Shown here piece by piece: positions 9,508-19,728 of a stretch of 64,000 nt of DNA. Source of the stretch: an uncultured delta proteobacterium. Its GTDB lineage: Bacteria > Desulfobacterota > Binatia > Binatales > Binataceae. Every line of letters begins with the position of its first letter. Within the stretch, counting starts at the first letter, position 1. The DNA lies in contig CAWCDG010000005.1 of NCBI GenBank assembly GCA_963794325.1, positions 128,001-192,000 of the forward strand. Reading direction: 5' to 3'. Position numbers and translations under genes: made by a program. The notes beneath the pieces were generated by a model. That model was not told the DNA's origin. It searched no databases and saw nothing but the letters and a program-made list of their open reading frames with translations.

Positions 9508-11052
9508 TCACGCCGTAAACCGGCCGCTGCTGATCGCGATCTCGCGCAGCCTTGCGACGTCTGCTTGTATCGCGCGACTGCGCCGCATTCGTTCCAGCGT
9601 CAGCGGGATACGATAAGTCCAGTTCCATGGGCTGATGGTGCCGGGCCGATTGATCTGCGCACTCCATCCAAACAAATCCTGGATCGGGACGATGACGAGC
9701 TTTGACGGCGCCGCATACAGCGCAGCTAGAATCGCGTCGCGCGCCGACTTCTCGAGCATCCGGCGCGGAATTACTTTGCCTTCGAGGCCAAGGCCGCGCA
9801 CGAATTTCTCGCGCACTTCAATCGGTTGCGCGCGCCACCACACGGTCAGCGGTTCGGTGTCGTGCGTCCCGGTGGTCGCGAGCGAAAGTTCAGGATAGGC
9901 CAATGGGCTGATAAATGGTTCGTCGCCGTGGCTCCAGTCGCGCTCCCACTGCATCACCTTGTATCCCGCGACGCCGAGATGCGTCAGCGACGCGCGCACC
10001 CACGGCGGCACTGTGCCGAGGTCTTCGGCGATCAGTTCGGTGGCGCCAGCTTCTTCCTTGATCGCGCGGATCACTTCTTCGCCTTGCAGCAGTTGATCGT
10101 TCTCGTTGACCGGCGTGAAAACTCCCGACTCGGCGAGATCGGAGCTGAAGTTGAATGTCCGATAAAGCCCGACCACGTGATCGATTCGCAGCAAATCGTA
10201 AAGCGTGCTCGCGTGACGCGCACGATTGCGCAGCACCTTGAATCCTTGCGCACGCATCGCGTTCCAGTTCGGCAGCGGCAGGCCCCATCGTTGGCCCTTG
10301 GGATTGAAGCCGTCCGGCGGCGCGCCAACCGTGCGCGACAAATCGAACTCATCCTGATTGGCCCACACCTCGGCGCTGTCGCGGCACGGCGAAAACGCGA
10401 GATCTCCGCCGATGAACGCGCCGCGTGACGACGCATACGCGCGCATCTCCGACCACTGGCGATGCGCGAGGAACTGCCAGTAGCCGTACATCTCGATCGG
10501 GTCGGCCAGATCGCGGCGCGCGAGCGTGAGCGCGGCGGGATCGCGCTTCGCAATCTCAGTCGGCCACGTTTCCCAACTGGTCCAGTTGAAACGATCCTTG
10601 AGCGCGCGAAACAACGCGTAGTCGTGAATCCAATACGAGTTGGCCTCGATGAACGCGTCGAGCTGCGCGGCTTCGTCAGATCCGCGACGCGTACGAGATG
10701 CTCGGTATGCGCGCTCGAGCAGGGGAAATTTTTCGCGCCGAATGATCGGGCGCTCGACGAATCGACGCCGGCCGACCGCTTCGCGCGCGCGCGCCAGCAC
10801 GACCCGGCCGACACCCGGCAGCCCGTTCATTGAAATGTACGTCGGATCGATCGCCATCACACTCATCGCGCTGTAGGGGCTGAGATCGTCGGGGCCGGTC
10901 TCGTCCAGTGGCAGCAACTGGATCACGCGATGACCCATCGAGAGCGCGAAATCGATCATCGGCGCGAGATCGAGGATTTCGCCGCGCCCGAGATGGTCGC
11001 GCGTGCGAATCGAGAACAGTGGAATCAGGATTCCAGCGGACCGCGGCAGCAT
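9508..11052 (-). CDS. malQ: 4-alpha-glucanotransferase (GH77)
   Basis: QLLPL, SPYS, GAPPDGF, GQRWGLP, RIDHVVG, AEDLG, TGTHD. Confidence 0.93.
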   Translation of the reverse strand: MLPRSAGILIPLFSIRTRDHLGRGEILDLAPMIDFALSMGHRVIQLLPLDETGPDDLSPYSAMSVMAIDPTYISMNGLPGVGRVVLARAREAVGRRRFVERPIIRREKFPLLERAYRASRTRRGSDEAAQLDAFIEANSYWIHDYALFRALKDRFNWTSWETWPTEIAKRDPAALTLARRDLADPIEMYGYWQFLAHRQWSEMRAYASSRGAFIGGDLAFSPCRDSAEVWANQDEFDLSRTVGAPPDGFNPKGQRWGLPLPNWNAMRAQGFKVLRNRARHASTLYDLLRIDHVVGLYRTFNFSSDLAESGVFTPVNENDQLLQGEEVIRAIKEEAGATELIAEDLGTVPPWVRASLTHLGVAGYKVMQWERDWSHGDEPFISPLAYPELSLATTGTHDTEPLTVWWRAQPIEVREKFVRGLGLEGKVIPRRMLEKSARDAILAALYAAPSKLVIVPIQDLFGWSAQINRPGTISPWNWTYRIPLTLERMRRSRAIQADVARLREIAISSGRFTA

Positions 11053-11069
11053 CGGAGGTAGCGCGAAAC

Positions 11070-11726
11070 TTAGACTTCGACTCGCGCGTCGAGCCGGTAA
11101 ACGCGCGCGTTTCGAATCGTGGCCGCTTCGTCTTTGAGCAACTCGCGCCCGGCCGGCGACGCATACGCCGCGCGATACGCATCGAGCGAATCGAACACCA
11201 GAATCGCCATCCGGTAGCGCAAGTCCTCGACACCCGGCGTCTTGATCACTTTGCCGATGATGTAGTTGCGCAGGCCCGGAAGACGTCGCGCGATATTCAC
11301 ATGCGTGCCGAGGTAGTGCTTCTCCGCCGCTTCGAGCCCAGCGCCCTGTTCGAGATCGAACTCCGCCACCATCACGAAACTTTGCTGACCCGTGCGTCGC
11401 GAATCGAACGGCACGATCGTCTGCGCATCGAGCGAGGTCGATGTCCCGTCTTTGAGATGCGCTTGCGTGTCGGCCAGCAGCGCCGGAACGACGTCCGAGG
11501 ACATCGCGGAGGCCGCCGCCGACGCATCATCATAAGAAATAATCGCGCCACGAAATCGATCGGGTTGCTTACCCGCGACCTTCATCAAGCGGCCTGTGTA
11601 GTATTGCCGCAGTCCCGGGAAACGCCGCGCGAGCGCCACGTGATGCATCAAATAGTTGCGCTCTTCCGCGTCGAGATCCGCGCTCTGATAGTTGAAGGTC
11701 ACGAATGTGAGGTGCATCGGATTCAA
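11070..11726 (-). CDS. EthD family protein with two tandem domains
   Basis: Two YxxxHxxxARRxPGLRxY repeats. Confidence 0.8.
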   Translation of the reverse strand: MNPMHLTFVTFNYQSADLDAEERNYLMHHVALARRFPGLRQYYTGRLMKVAGKQPDRFRGAIISYDDASAAASAMSSDVVPALLADTQAHLKDGTSTSLDAQTIVPFDSRRTGQQSFVMVAEFDLEQGAGLEAAEKHYLGTHVNIARRLPGLRNYIIGKVIKTPGVEDLRYRMAILVFDSLDAYRAAYASPAGRELLKDEAATIRNARVYRLDARVEV

Positions 11727-11736
11727 TCCTCGAGCT

Positions 11737-12501
11737 TCAAATCACGTAGCCGCCGTTGGGGCTGAGAACTTGCCCGACCATGAATTTCGAATCGTCGCAA
11801 GCGAGGAATAGCGCCGCGGCCGCGATATCGCGCGGCTCGCCGAAGTGCCCGATGGGCGTGGTCGCTTCTATCTGCTTGCGAACCTCGATCGGAATCGGCG
11901 CGGTCATCGGCGTATCGATGAATCCCGGCGCGATGCAATTGACAAGAATCCCCATCGGCACCACTTCGCGCGCGACCGATTTGGTAAATGCGATGATCGC
12001 ACCCTTCGCCGCGCAGTAGTCTGACGCGAACGCCAGACCGGTCGTGCCCGCGATCGAGCCGATATTGATGACGCGTCCCGACTGCTTGGGGATCATCACC
12101 TTCAGCGCCTCGCGTGTGCAGTAGAAGGTCGAGTCGAGATGCGTCGCGAGCATCTTGTGCCAATCTTCGTCGGTCTTCTGATGCGTCATGATCAAATCGG
12201 GGTTGTCCAGCTCGCTGGCGCGTGCGATGCCGGCGTTGTTGATCAGGATGTCGATCGTACCGAACGCCGCGACGAACTCCGCGAACATCTTTGCCACGGC
12301 CGCGCTGCTCGACACGTCGGCCACGAACGGCCGTGCGCTCCCGCCCGCGCGCTCGATTTCCGTCACGACATTACCCGCCGACTCGGGCCGGATGTCGTTG
12401 ACGCCGACCTTCGCGCCCTCGCGCGCAAACGTCAGTCCCATCTCGCGTCCGAGGCCTGAGCCGCCGCCGGTGATCAGTACAACCTTGTCCTTGAGTTTCA
12501 T
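11737..12501 (-). CDS. SDR oxidoreductase (FabG-like)
   Basis: TGGGSGLG, NNAG, YCAAK, PGFIDT. Confidence 0.92.
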   Translation of the reverse strand: MKLKDKVVLITGGGSGLGREMGLTFAREGAKVGVNDIRPESAGNVVTEIERAGGSARPFVADVSSSAAVAKMFAEFVAAFGTIDILINNAGIARASELDNPDLIMTHQKTDEDWHKMLATHLDSTFYCTREALKVMIPKQSGRVINIGSIAGTTGLAFASDYCAAKGAIIAFTKSVAREVVPMGILVNCIAPGFIDTPMTAPIPIEVRKQIEATTPIGHFGEPRDIAAAALFLACDDSKFMVGQVLSPNGGYVI

Positions 12502-12508
12502 CGACGCC

Positions 12509-12847
12509 CTACTTCTTGCCTTCCTTGAGTTGCCGCTTCCAATCGAGCCGCCGCGCCTCTGCGCCAGCCGCTTCCGCTTCCGGCACCATCCCCTTCTTCT
12601 GATAGAACATGCTGAGGTTGGTATAGGCCAGGATGTCTTCCGGCTCCTGCGCGATATATTTTTTGGTCAGCTCAATCGCCGCATCGAGATCGCCCTTCGC
12701 CTGATAGCACATCGTCATTCCGTGGATCGCATCGACGTACTTCGGATCGAGCTCGAGCGCCTTTTTGTAAAGCTCGATCGCCTCGTCGAACTTGTCATCG
12801 GCGTATGCGTCAATCGCCTCGTCGTATAGCTCTTCTTTGTCAGGCAT
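12509..12847 (-). CDS. Tetratricopeptide repeat protein
   Basis: EAIELYKKALELDP and AYTNLSMFY TPR signatures. Confidence 0.85.
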   Translation of the reverse strand: MPDKEELYDEAIDAYADDKFDEAIELYKKALELDPKYVDAIHGMTMCYQAKGDLDAAIELTKKYIAQEPEDILAYTNLSMFYQKKGMVPEAEAAGAEARRLDWKRQLKEGKK

Positions 12848-12896
12848 TTTTCACCTCAGATGCAAGCACACCCTCTTATATACTAGACTCTGTGCT

Positions 12897-13214
12897 ATGG
12901 AGAATTCGCCAGCACCGACCGAAGCCGACGTTTACGAAGTGCTGCGCGAGTGCTACGACCCCGAGATTCCCGTCAACCTCGTCGACCTCGGACTCATCTA
13001 CGGCGTTCAGATCGAGAACCGGGTCGTCAACGTCACGATGACGCTGACCGCGCCCGGCTGCCAGATGGGCATGATGATCACGCAGGACATCCAGGAAAAA
13101 TTGCTCGGCATCCCCGGATGCGACGACGCCAGCGTCGAGATCGTATGGGACCCGCCATGGACGCCGCACATGATGACCGAAGCGGCGAAGAAACAATTAA
13201 AGATCGACGATTAG
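12897..13214 (+). CDS. Metal-sulfur cluster assembly factor (DUF59/SufT-PaaD-like)
   Basis: DPEIPVNLVDLGLIY, MTLTAPGC, VWDPPW. Confidence 0.92.
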   Translation: MENSPAPTEADVYEVLRECYDPEIPVNLVDLGLIYGVQIENRVVNVTMTLTAPGCQMGMMITQDIQEKLLGIPGCDDASVEIVWDPPWTPHMMTEAAKKQLKIDD

Positions 13215-13291
13215 GATCGGGATCGATTCTCTTCCGCTCTCCTGCAAGGAGACGTTGCATAACCTGACGCTGGCGCGAGACGCGCTTCGCG

Positions 13292-13378
13292 CGAGATCCT
13301 TCGCTGCGCTCAGGATGACGAAAAAGACAACCGCTATACTCGTCATTCTGAGCGAAAGCTGCTGTAGCGAAGAATCTC
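13292..13378. repeat. Inverted REP doublet, family E (GTCATyCTGAGCG...GAAGrATCTC)
   Basis: GAGATCCTTCGCTGCGCTCAGGATGACG followed by CGTCATTCTGAGCG...CGAAGAATCTC; partial relatives near 32518 and 32660. Confidence 0.7.
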
Positions 13379-13429
13379 GACGGACGCTCCTGCGGCCGGC
13401 GTTAGTTACTCAAAGTGCGTGCTCGCCCT

Positions 13430-15043
13430 TCAATCCGGATCGATCAGGACGCCGGGGTTCAGGATCGAGCGCGGGTCGAGGGCCTTCTTTGCCGCCTTCA
13501 GCGCGAGGGCGAAGCCGTCGGGGCGCTGGCGATCGTACCATGGGCGATGGTAGCGGCCGACCGCGTGATGATGCGTGATCGTTCCGCCGATCGCGATCAG
13601 CTTGTCAGAGACCGCAGCCTTTATCTCGTCCCACTGCTCCAGCTCTGAGCCGCGCTTGCCCGGCGCGAGAATCGTGTAGTACGGCGCGGGACCGTCGGGA
13701 TAGACGTGGGTGAATCGGCACGTCACCGAGCCCTTGCCACACACCCGCGTAATCACATCGCGCGCTGTCTCCATCATCTGACGATGAAATTCCGGGAATC
13801 GCTCCCACGTGATCGAGGTCTCGAACGTGTCGCTCACCATCCCCATCGCCGCGACCGTGTCCATCAGGTACGGCGCGTTGAGAAACGCGTTGCGCCACGC
13901 GCCCGCCGATCCTTCGTGCGTCGCCTCGGCGTCGGTGCGAGTCTTCGCCGCGTCCGCCGGAATTTTACCGCCGTGATCGGCGCAACATTCGAGCGCCCGC
14001 TTCATCCACGGTTCCAGCGGATGGTCCGCGGACTCGAACGCGAGCACCAGCACCGCTTCGTCGCCGTTGCCGGCGCCGGAGTTAAACGCCTCGCCCTCGT
14101 CGAGCACGCGGCAATTCGCGGGATAGAGCCCGGCCTGCGAAATCTGTCGGACCGCATCCGCCGCTTTGAAGATGCTCGAAAACGGCACTGATGCGCCCGC
14201 GCGAAACGTCGGCCGGTCCTGCAGGCGCATCCACGCCTCGGTGATGATGCCGAGAATTCCCTCCGAGCCGATGAACATCCGATCGGGGCTCGGACCCGCG
14301 CCCGATCCCGGCAAACGCCGCGACTCGACGATTCCGGTTGGCGTCACCACGCGCAGCGATTCGACGAAGTCGTCGATATGAGTGTACAGCGTCGCGAAAT
14401 GGCCACCCGATCGCGTCGCGATCCATCCACCGAGAGTCGAGAACTCGAATGACTGCGGGAAATGGCGAATCGTCAGGCCGTGCGGCTTCAACTGCGCGTC
14501 GAGCGCGGGACCGTACACGCCGGCCTGAATTCGCGCCGCGCGCGAGACCTTGTCGAGCTCGACGACCTTGTCCAGATGCATCAGATCGATCGACACGGCG
14601 CCGCGATAACGGTCGCCGTCGGGCGGCTCGACGCCGCCGACCACGCTCGAACCGCCGCCGTACGGCACCGCCGCAATCTGCGCGCCGTCACACCATTCGA
14701 GCACGCGAATCAGTTCTTCCTCATCGCGCGGAAACGCGACGACGTCGATCGGATTGGGATAGTCGCGCCGGAACGCCCGCCGGATGTCGCGCGATCCCTT
14801 GCCGTAGGTATGCCCCGCGCGCTCGTGCGTCGCCGTTGAGCAAATCGCTTCGAGCGCAGCCGGTGCCTTCACCCGCGGCGCGCGCAGATTCAGTTCGCTT
14901 TCCTTTGGCGGTGGCGTGATTTCGAGAGGTCCGATCCCAAATCGCTTGGCCATCCGCTCGGCCATATGCTTCTGCTGTTCGGGAGTCGGCCCCTGATCTT
15001 CGTAGCCCCATCCCCAGAACTTCCGTTTGCGATTCTCGGCCAT
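13430..15043 (-). CDS. FAD-binding oxidoreductase, alkyl-DHAP synthase-like (VAO/PCMH family)
   Basis: PYGGGSSVVGG, HFPQSFEFSTLGGWIATRSGG, GSEGILG, THHHAVG, ILNPG. Confidence 0.88.
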   Translation of the reverse strand: MAENRKRKFWGWGYEDQGPTPEQQKHMAERMAKRFGIGPLEITPPPKESELNLRAPRVKAPAALEAICSTATHERAGHTYGKGSRDIRRAFRRDYPNPIDVVAFPRDEEELIRVLEWCDGAQIAAVPYGGGSSVVGGVEPPDGDRYRGAVSIDLMHLDKVVELDKVSRAARIQAGVYGPALDAQLKPHGLTIRHFPQSFEFSTLGGWIATRSGGHFATLYTHIDDFVESLRVVTPTGIVESRRLPGSGAGPSPDRMFIGSEGILGIITEAWMRLQDRPTFRAGASVPFSSIFKAADAVRQISQAGLYPANCRVLDEGEAFNSGAGNGDEAVLVLAFESADHPLEPWMKRALECCADHGGKIPADAAKTRTDAEATHEGSAGAWRNAFLNAPYLMDTVAAMGMVSDTFETSITWERFPEFHRQMMETARDVITRVCGKGSVTCRFTHVYPDGPAPYYTILAPGKRGSELEQWDEIKAAVSDKLIAIGGTITHHHAVGRYHRPWYDRQRPDGFALALKAAKKALDPRSILNPGVLIDPD

Positions 15044-15193
15044 CGGATTTGTCCTCGCGATACTTGAAGTTTGATAACTGCGGCGATTCTGCGCCCGCCG
15101 CGCCCGCGAGGGCAACCACGGAAAAATTGCAGGTTGCGCGCAATCGACGACCGTCGTATCAGTCGAATTACCCATCGCGAAGGAGACCTCGTC

Positions 15194-16077
15194 ATGCCCG
15201 ACTCACAGATTTCTCCGGCCGATCCGCATCCGCGGAAAAAACTCGAGCTCATCGGTACCTGGATTTCGTATGCGGATACCGGGGCCGGCGATCCGATCGT
15301 TTTTCTCCACGGCAATCCGACTTCGTCGTACTTGTGGCGCAACGTCATTCCGCATCTTGCGTCGCTTGGGCGATGCGTCGCGCCGGATCTGGTCGGGATG
15401 GGCGCGTCGGGACCGTCTGCCACCGGCGCGTATCGCTTCGAGGATCACGCCCGCCATCTCGACGCGTTCTTCGAGGGACTGAATCTCGAGCGCAAGGTTA
15501 CGCTTGTCGTGCACGACTGGGGCTCGGCGCTGGGCTTTCACTGGGCAGCGCGGCATCCCGAGGCGGTCAAGGGAATCGCGTACATGGAGGCGATCGTCAG
15601 GCCGCTGCAATGGTCAGAATGGTCGCAGGCGGCGGTTGCGATCTTCAAGGCGCTGCGCAGTCCGGCCGGCGACGACATGATTTTGAAAAATAATATTTTC
15701 GTCGAGCGCATTCTGCCCGGCAGCATCCTTCGCAAGCTCAGCGACGAGGAAATGAACGCGTATCGAAAGACCTTCATCGCAGCCCGGCGAGTCGCGGCGT
15801 CCGACGCTAACGTGGCCGCGCGAAATTCCAATCGAAGGCGAGCCTGCCGAACGTCGTTGCGATCGCCGACGATTATTCGAAGTGGCTCGAAAAAAGCACG
15901 ACGCCGAAGTTGTTCGTCAATGCCGACCCCGGCGCGATTCTTACTGGCGCGCAGCGCGAGTACTGCCGCCGTTGGCCGAATCAGCGCGAGGTGACGGTCA
16001 AGGGCGTCCATTTTATTCAGGAAGATTCGCCGCACGAGATCGGGCGCGCGATTGCTGACTGGTACAAGTCGCTCTGA
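15194..16077 (+). CDS. Haloalkane dehalogenase, two +1 frameshifts (near 15782 and 15850)
   Basis: [28 protein letters not shown]; shifted frames give [12 protein letters not shown] and [10 protein letters not shown] to TGA 16077; span 884 = 882+2. Confidence 0.85.
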
Positions 16078-16122
16078 AAACAAGGCGCTTCGGATTCTGA
16101 AACAGGCGGGCGGCCCCGGCGC

Positions 16123-16179
16123 TTGACATACGCCGTGACCGGATGTATTTAACCCGTAGGTTATTTAACTGAATGGTTC
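16123..16179 (+). promoter_or_regulatory. Sigma70-like promoter with ArsR-type operator
   Basis: TTGACA-17bp-TATTTA; perfect palindrome TAACC-CGTA-GGTTA at 16150-16163 and a degenerate second copy over the start codon. Confidence 0.65.
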
Positions 16180-16553
16180 AGCAGCTCACATCGGCCGAGC
16201 ATCTCAACGCGACTTTCTCGGCGCTCGCCGATCCGACCCGCCGCGCAATTCTCGCTCGCCTCGCCTCCGGTGAGACTTCCGTCTCCGAGCTGGCCGAGCC
16301 GTTCGAGATGAGCATGCCGGCAATCTCCAAGCATCTGAAGGTGCTGCAGCGCGCGGGGTTGATCGAGCGCGGGCGCGAGGCGCAATGGCGTCCGTGCCGG
16401 CTCGCGGCGGGTCCTCTCAAGGATGCGTCGGATTGGCTCGAGCACTATCGCGGCTTCTGGGAGGAGGCGTTCGATCGGCTCGAGGATTATCTGCGCGAGT
16501 TGCAGAAGCAGGAGTCGAAAAAAAAGGAGCACAAGAATGGCCGCAAAAAGTAG
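16173..16553 (+). CDS. ArsR/SmtB family transcription regulator
   Basis: FSALADPTRRAIL, SKHLKVL. Confidence 0.92.
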   Translation: MVQQLTSAEHLNATFSALADPTRRAILARLASGETSVSELAEPFEMSMPAISKHLKVLQRAGLIERGREAQWRPCRLAAGPLKDASDWLEHYRGFWEEAFDRLEDYLRELQKQESKKKEHKNGRKK

Positions 16554-17064
16554 TATCGTTGCCGCCGCCGAATCCGTCGCTCGCGAACTCGTCGTCACGC
16601 GCGTTTTCAATGCGCCGCGCAACCTCGTGTGGAAAGCGCTGACCGAGCCTGAGCGCCTTGAACACTGGTGGGGGCCGAAAGGCTTCACCTCGCGCGTCCA
16701 CAAACTCGAGCTGCGCCCCGGCGGCACCTTTCTATACAGCCAGCGAACCCCCGACGGCCGCGAGATGTGGGGCAAGTGGGTGTATCGCGAAATCGTCGCA
16801 CCGGAACGGCTGGTGATGGTCTCTTCGTTTACCGACGAGAAGGGCAACCTGGTCCGCCATCCGTTTCAGGCGAACTGGCCGCTCGAGACGCTGGGCACGT
16901 CGACGTTCACCGAGGATCGCGGCCGCACGACGGTGACGGTGCGGATGGTCCCGATAAACGCGACCGAGTCGGAGGAGCAGACTTTCTTCGACGGGACTAA
17001 CTTTATGGAAGAAGGATTTGCCGGCACTTGGGACAAGCTCGACGAATACCTGGCAACGGTCTGA
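16538..17064 (+). CDS. SRPBCC/AHSA1-like domain protein
   Basis: RVFNAPRNLVWKA, WWGPKG, YREIVAPERLV. Confidence 0.9.
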
Positions 17065-17097
17065 GTCAGCACCGTCAACTGGTCAAAGGAGAACGCC

Positions 17098-18024
17098 ATG
17101 CAACTGTCTGATACTACGATCGCTGATACGTCGGATCGCGAGATCGTGGTGACCCGCGTTTTCGACGCGCCGCGTGCGCTGGTCTTCAAGGCGTGGACGG
17201 ATCCGAAGCATCTGGCGCATTGGTGGGGACCGAACGGCTTTTCGATCACGACTCATGAGATGGAATTCAAACCGGGCGGCATCTGGCGGTTCGTGATGCA
17301 CGGACCCGACGGCCGCGATTACAAAAACGAGCAGGTCTATGTCGAAATCGTCGAACCCGAGCGACTGGTTTACAGGCATGTCTCGACACCGCAGTTTCAA
17401 ATGACGGTGACGTTCGCGGACGACGGCGATAAGACACGGCTCACGGCGCGGATGCTCTTTGAGTCGGCCGCGGTGCGCGATCAGACGGTCAAAACGTTCG
17501 GCGCCGCCGAGGGTTTGAAGCAGACCCTGGGACGCCTCGCCAAGCATGTGACGAATATGAAGAGAGGCCCAACGATGACGCACAACGCCGAAGTTACGGT
17601 TGGCGATCGCGAGCTCACTATCACGCGCATCTTCGACGCGCCCCGCCCGCTGGTTTTCTTCGCGTGGTCTAGACCCAAACACCTGATGCGTTGGTTCGCG
17701 CCTAACAACTTCACCGTGCCGGAGTGCGAGATGGACTTCCGCGACGGCGGCCTTTTCAGGGTCTGTATGCGCGGGTTCGGCAAGGACCATTGGATGAACG
17801 GGGTCTTTCGCGAAATCGTCCAGCCGGAGCGAATCGTCTGGAGCAGCTTGTTGGATAACGACACGAACGAAGTGGTCACGACAGCGACGTTCATCGTTGT
17901 GGGCGGCAAGACCAGGCTCACCGTGCATCAGACCTACTCGATCGAAACTGATTCGACCCGCGGTGCACCACAGGGATGGACCGAAACCCTCGATCATCTC
18001 GCCGAATTGCTGGCCGACGCCTGA
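17098..18024 (+). CDS. Double SRPBCC/AHSA1-like domain protein (possible fusion of two genes)
   Basis: Two R(V/I)FDAPRxLVFxAW domains; purine-rich AGAGG and ATG at 17575 between them. Confidence 0.85.
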   Translation: MQLSDTTIADTSDREIVVTRVFDAPRALVFKAWTDPKHLAHWWGPNGFSITTHEMEFKPGGIWRFVMHGPDGRDYKNEQVYVEIVEPERLVYRHVSTPQFQMTVTFADDGDKTRLTARMLFESAAVRDQTVKTFGAAEGLKQTLGRLAKHVTNMKRGPTMTHNAEVTVGDRELTITRIFDAPRPLVFFAWSRPKHLMRWFAPNNFTVPECEMDFRDGGLFRVCMRGFGKDHWMNGVFREIVQPERIVWSSLLDNDTNEVVTTATFIVVGGKTRLTVHQTYSIETDSTRGAPQGWTETLDHLAELLADA

Positions 18025-18049
18025 CGAAATTGACTGAAGGAGAATTATT

Positions 18050-18592
18050 ATGGGAGCAGCAGCTAACTTGGTTACCGAGCCCGCCGATCGCGTGCTCAAA
18101 ATCGAGCGCGTCTTCGACGCACCTCGCAGCCTGGTCTTTAGAGCATGGACGGAATCCGAGCACATGGCGCGATGGTGGGGGCCGCGCGGCTTCAAGAGCA
18201 CCGTCCTCAAAAACGATCCGCGCCCGGGCGGCAGTTATCGAATCCACATGCTCGGTCCCGACGGTGATCATTGGACGCAAGGCGTCTATCGCGAGTTCGT
18301 CCCGCCCGAGCGGCTGGTCATGGTCGGGAACTGGGCCGATGCGCAGGGGAATCCCACGCGGCCCGAAACAACCTTGACGCTGCTGTTCGAGGACGTCGGC
18401 GGCAAGACCAAGCTCACCTTGCACAACGCGATTTTCGAATCGGTCACAGCGCGCGATATGCACAACAGCGGATGGAGCAGCAGCCTCGACTGCCTGGCGG
18501 AGTATCTGGCGAGCCGCGTGAGTCTCAGGAACCTAACCCCTAACCCCTTCCCGCGCGGGAAGGGGGACCGGAGGCGGAGAGAGAGGCGATAA
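18050..18592 (+). CDS. SRPBCC/AHSA1-like domain protein; true stop probably TGA 18519-18521
   Basis: RVFDAPRSLVFRAW, WWGPRG, GWSSSLDCLAEYL; the tail of the ORF reads through a family A repeat. Confidence 0.88.
   Translation: MGAAANLVTEPADRVLKIERVFDAPRSLVFRAWTESEHMARWWGPRGFKSTVLKNDPRPGGSYRIHMLGPDGDHWTQGVYREFVPPERLVMVGNWADAQGNPTRPETTLTLLFEDVGGKTKLTLHNAIFESVTARDMHNSGWSSSLDCLAEYLASRVSLRNLTPNPFPRGKGDRRRRERR
18530..18572 (+). repeat. REP-like palindrome, family A
   Basis: ACCTAACCCCTAACCCCTTCCCGCGCGGGAAGGGGGACCGG. Confidence 0.8.
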
Positions 18593-18597
18593 TAATC

Positions 18598-19719
18598 ATG
18601 CAGCACGCGAATTCAATCACACCACGGAGCGGCGACTTGCTCCTGATTGTCGGGACCGCCAAGGGCGTGTTCATTTTCAAGAGCGATCGCGATCGCCGGC
18701 AGTTCGAAATTGCGGGGCCCTACTTCAAAGGGCAGGCGGTTTTTTCGACGGCGTTCTTTCAGGATAAACGGCCGCGCATCCTCGTCGGTCACATGAGTAT
18801 GCATTGGGGCGCGCTGGTGAGCTGGTCGGATAATTTCGGCGCGAGCTGGCATGAGCCCGAAGACGGCAACGTGAAATTTCCGGCGGGCAGCGGTCTTACG
18901 TTGAACGCGGTGTGGGCGCTCGAGCCGGCGCCGCTAGTCGGCCCTGATGTCGTATTTGCGGGCGCCGATCCCGCGGCGCTCTTTCGATCCGACGATCGCG
19001 GCGAGACGTTTCGTCCCGTCGACTCTCTGCTGAACCATCATGAGCGTCCGTATTGGATGCCGGGCGCCGGCGGCCTGTGCCTGCACACGATCCTGCCTGA
19101 CCCGCGCGACCCGAAGCGCATCCTGGTCGGCATTTCTTCGGCTGGCATGTATCGCACCGACGACGGCGGCGAGACGTGGACGCGTCGCAACCAGGGCGTG
19201 AAGATGGAAGGCGGTCCGCCGCACGCGCCGCATTTCGGTCCGCAATGCGCGCACAAGATGCGTTACGATGCGAAAAATCCCGCGCGCATCTACTTGCAGA
19301 ATCACCCGGGCGTCTATCGCAGCGACGACGGCGGCGATTCGTGGATCGATATCCACGAGGGACTGCCGTCGGAGTTCGGCTTTCCGCTGGTTGCGCATCC
19401 GAGCCGTGGCGATACCGCCTATCTGATACCGCTCGAGTCGGACCAGTTTCGAGTGCCGCTTGAAGGCGCTGTCAAAGTCTGGCGCACGCGCGACGCCGGC
19501 GAATCGTGGGAGCCGCTCGGCACCGGCCTACCCAATCGCGACTGCTACTTCTCGGTGCTGCGCGACGCATTCGCGTCCGACCGCCTCGATCCCGCGGGCC
19601 TCTACTTCGGCACGCGCGGCGGCCAACTGTTCGCGTCGCGCGACGAAGGAGAAAGCTGGAATTCGATCGCCGACTGGCTGCCCGCAGTGCTATGCGTCAA
19701 AGCGGTCGAGGTCGCGTGA
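18598..19719 (+). CDS. BNR/Asp-box repeat (sialidase-like) beta-propeller protein
   Basis: Six SxDxGxxW-type Asp-boxes (SDNFGASW, SDDRGETF, TDDGGETW, SDDGGDSW, TRDAGESW, SRDEGESW). Confidence 0.88.
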   Translation: MQHANSITPRSGDLLLIVGTAKGVFIFKSDRDRRQFEIAGPYFKGQAVFSTAFFQDKRPRILVGHMSMHWGALVSWSDNFGASWHEPEDGNVKFPAGSGLTLNAVWALEPAPLVGPDVVFAGADPAALFRSDDRGETFRPVDSLLNHHERPYWMPGAGGLCLHTILPDPRDPKRILVGISSAGMYRTDDGGETWTRRNQGVKMEGGPPHAPHFGPQCAHKMRYDAKNPARIYLQNHPGVYRSDDGGDSWIDIHEGLPSEFGFPLVAHPSRGDTAYLIPLESDQFRVPLEGAVKVWRTRDAGESWEPLGTGLPNRDCYFSVLRDAFASDRLDPAGLYFGTRGGQLFASRDEGESWNSIADWLPAVLCVKAVEVA

Positions 19720-19728
19720 GTATCGGCG

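Noticed and set aside
15770-15860. Programmed frameshifting in the dehalogenase
   Set aside because: No slippery heptamer; two separate +1 shifts would be needed, and similar indels are scattered across unrelated genes.
18522-18592. REP sequence apparently translated as the SRPBCC C-terminus
   Set aside because: Removing one C near 18515 gives a normal stop (TGA 18519-18521) right after the conserved terminal helix; most likely another indel error.
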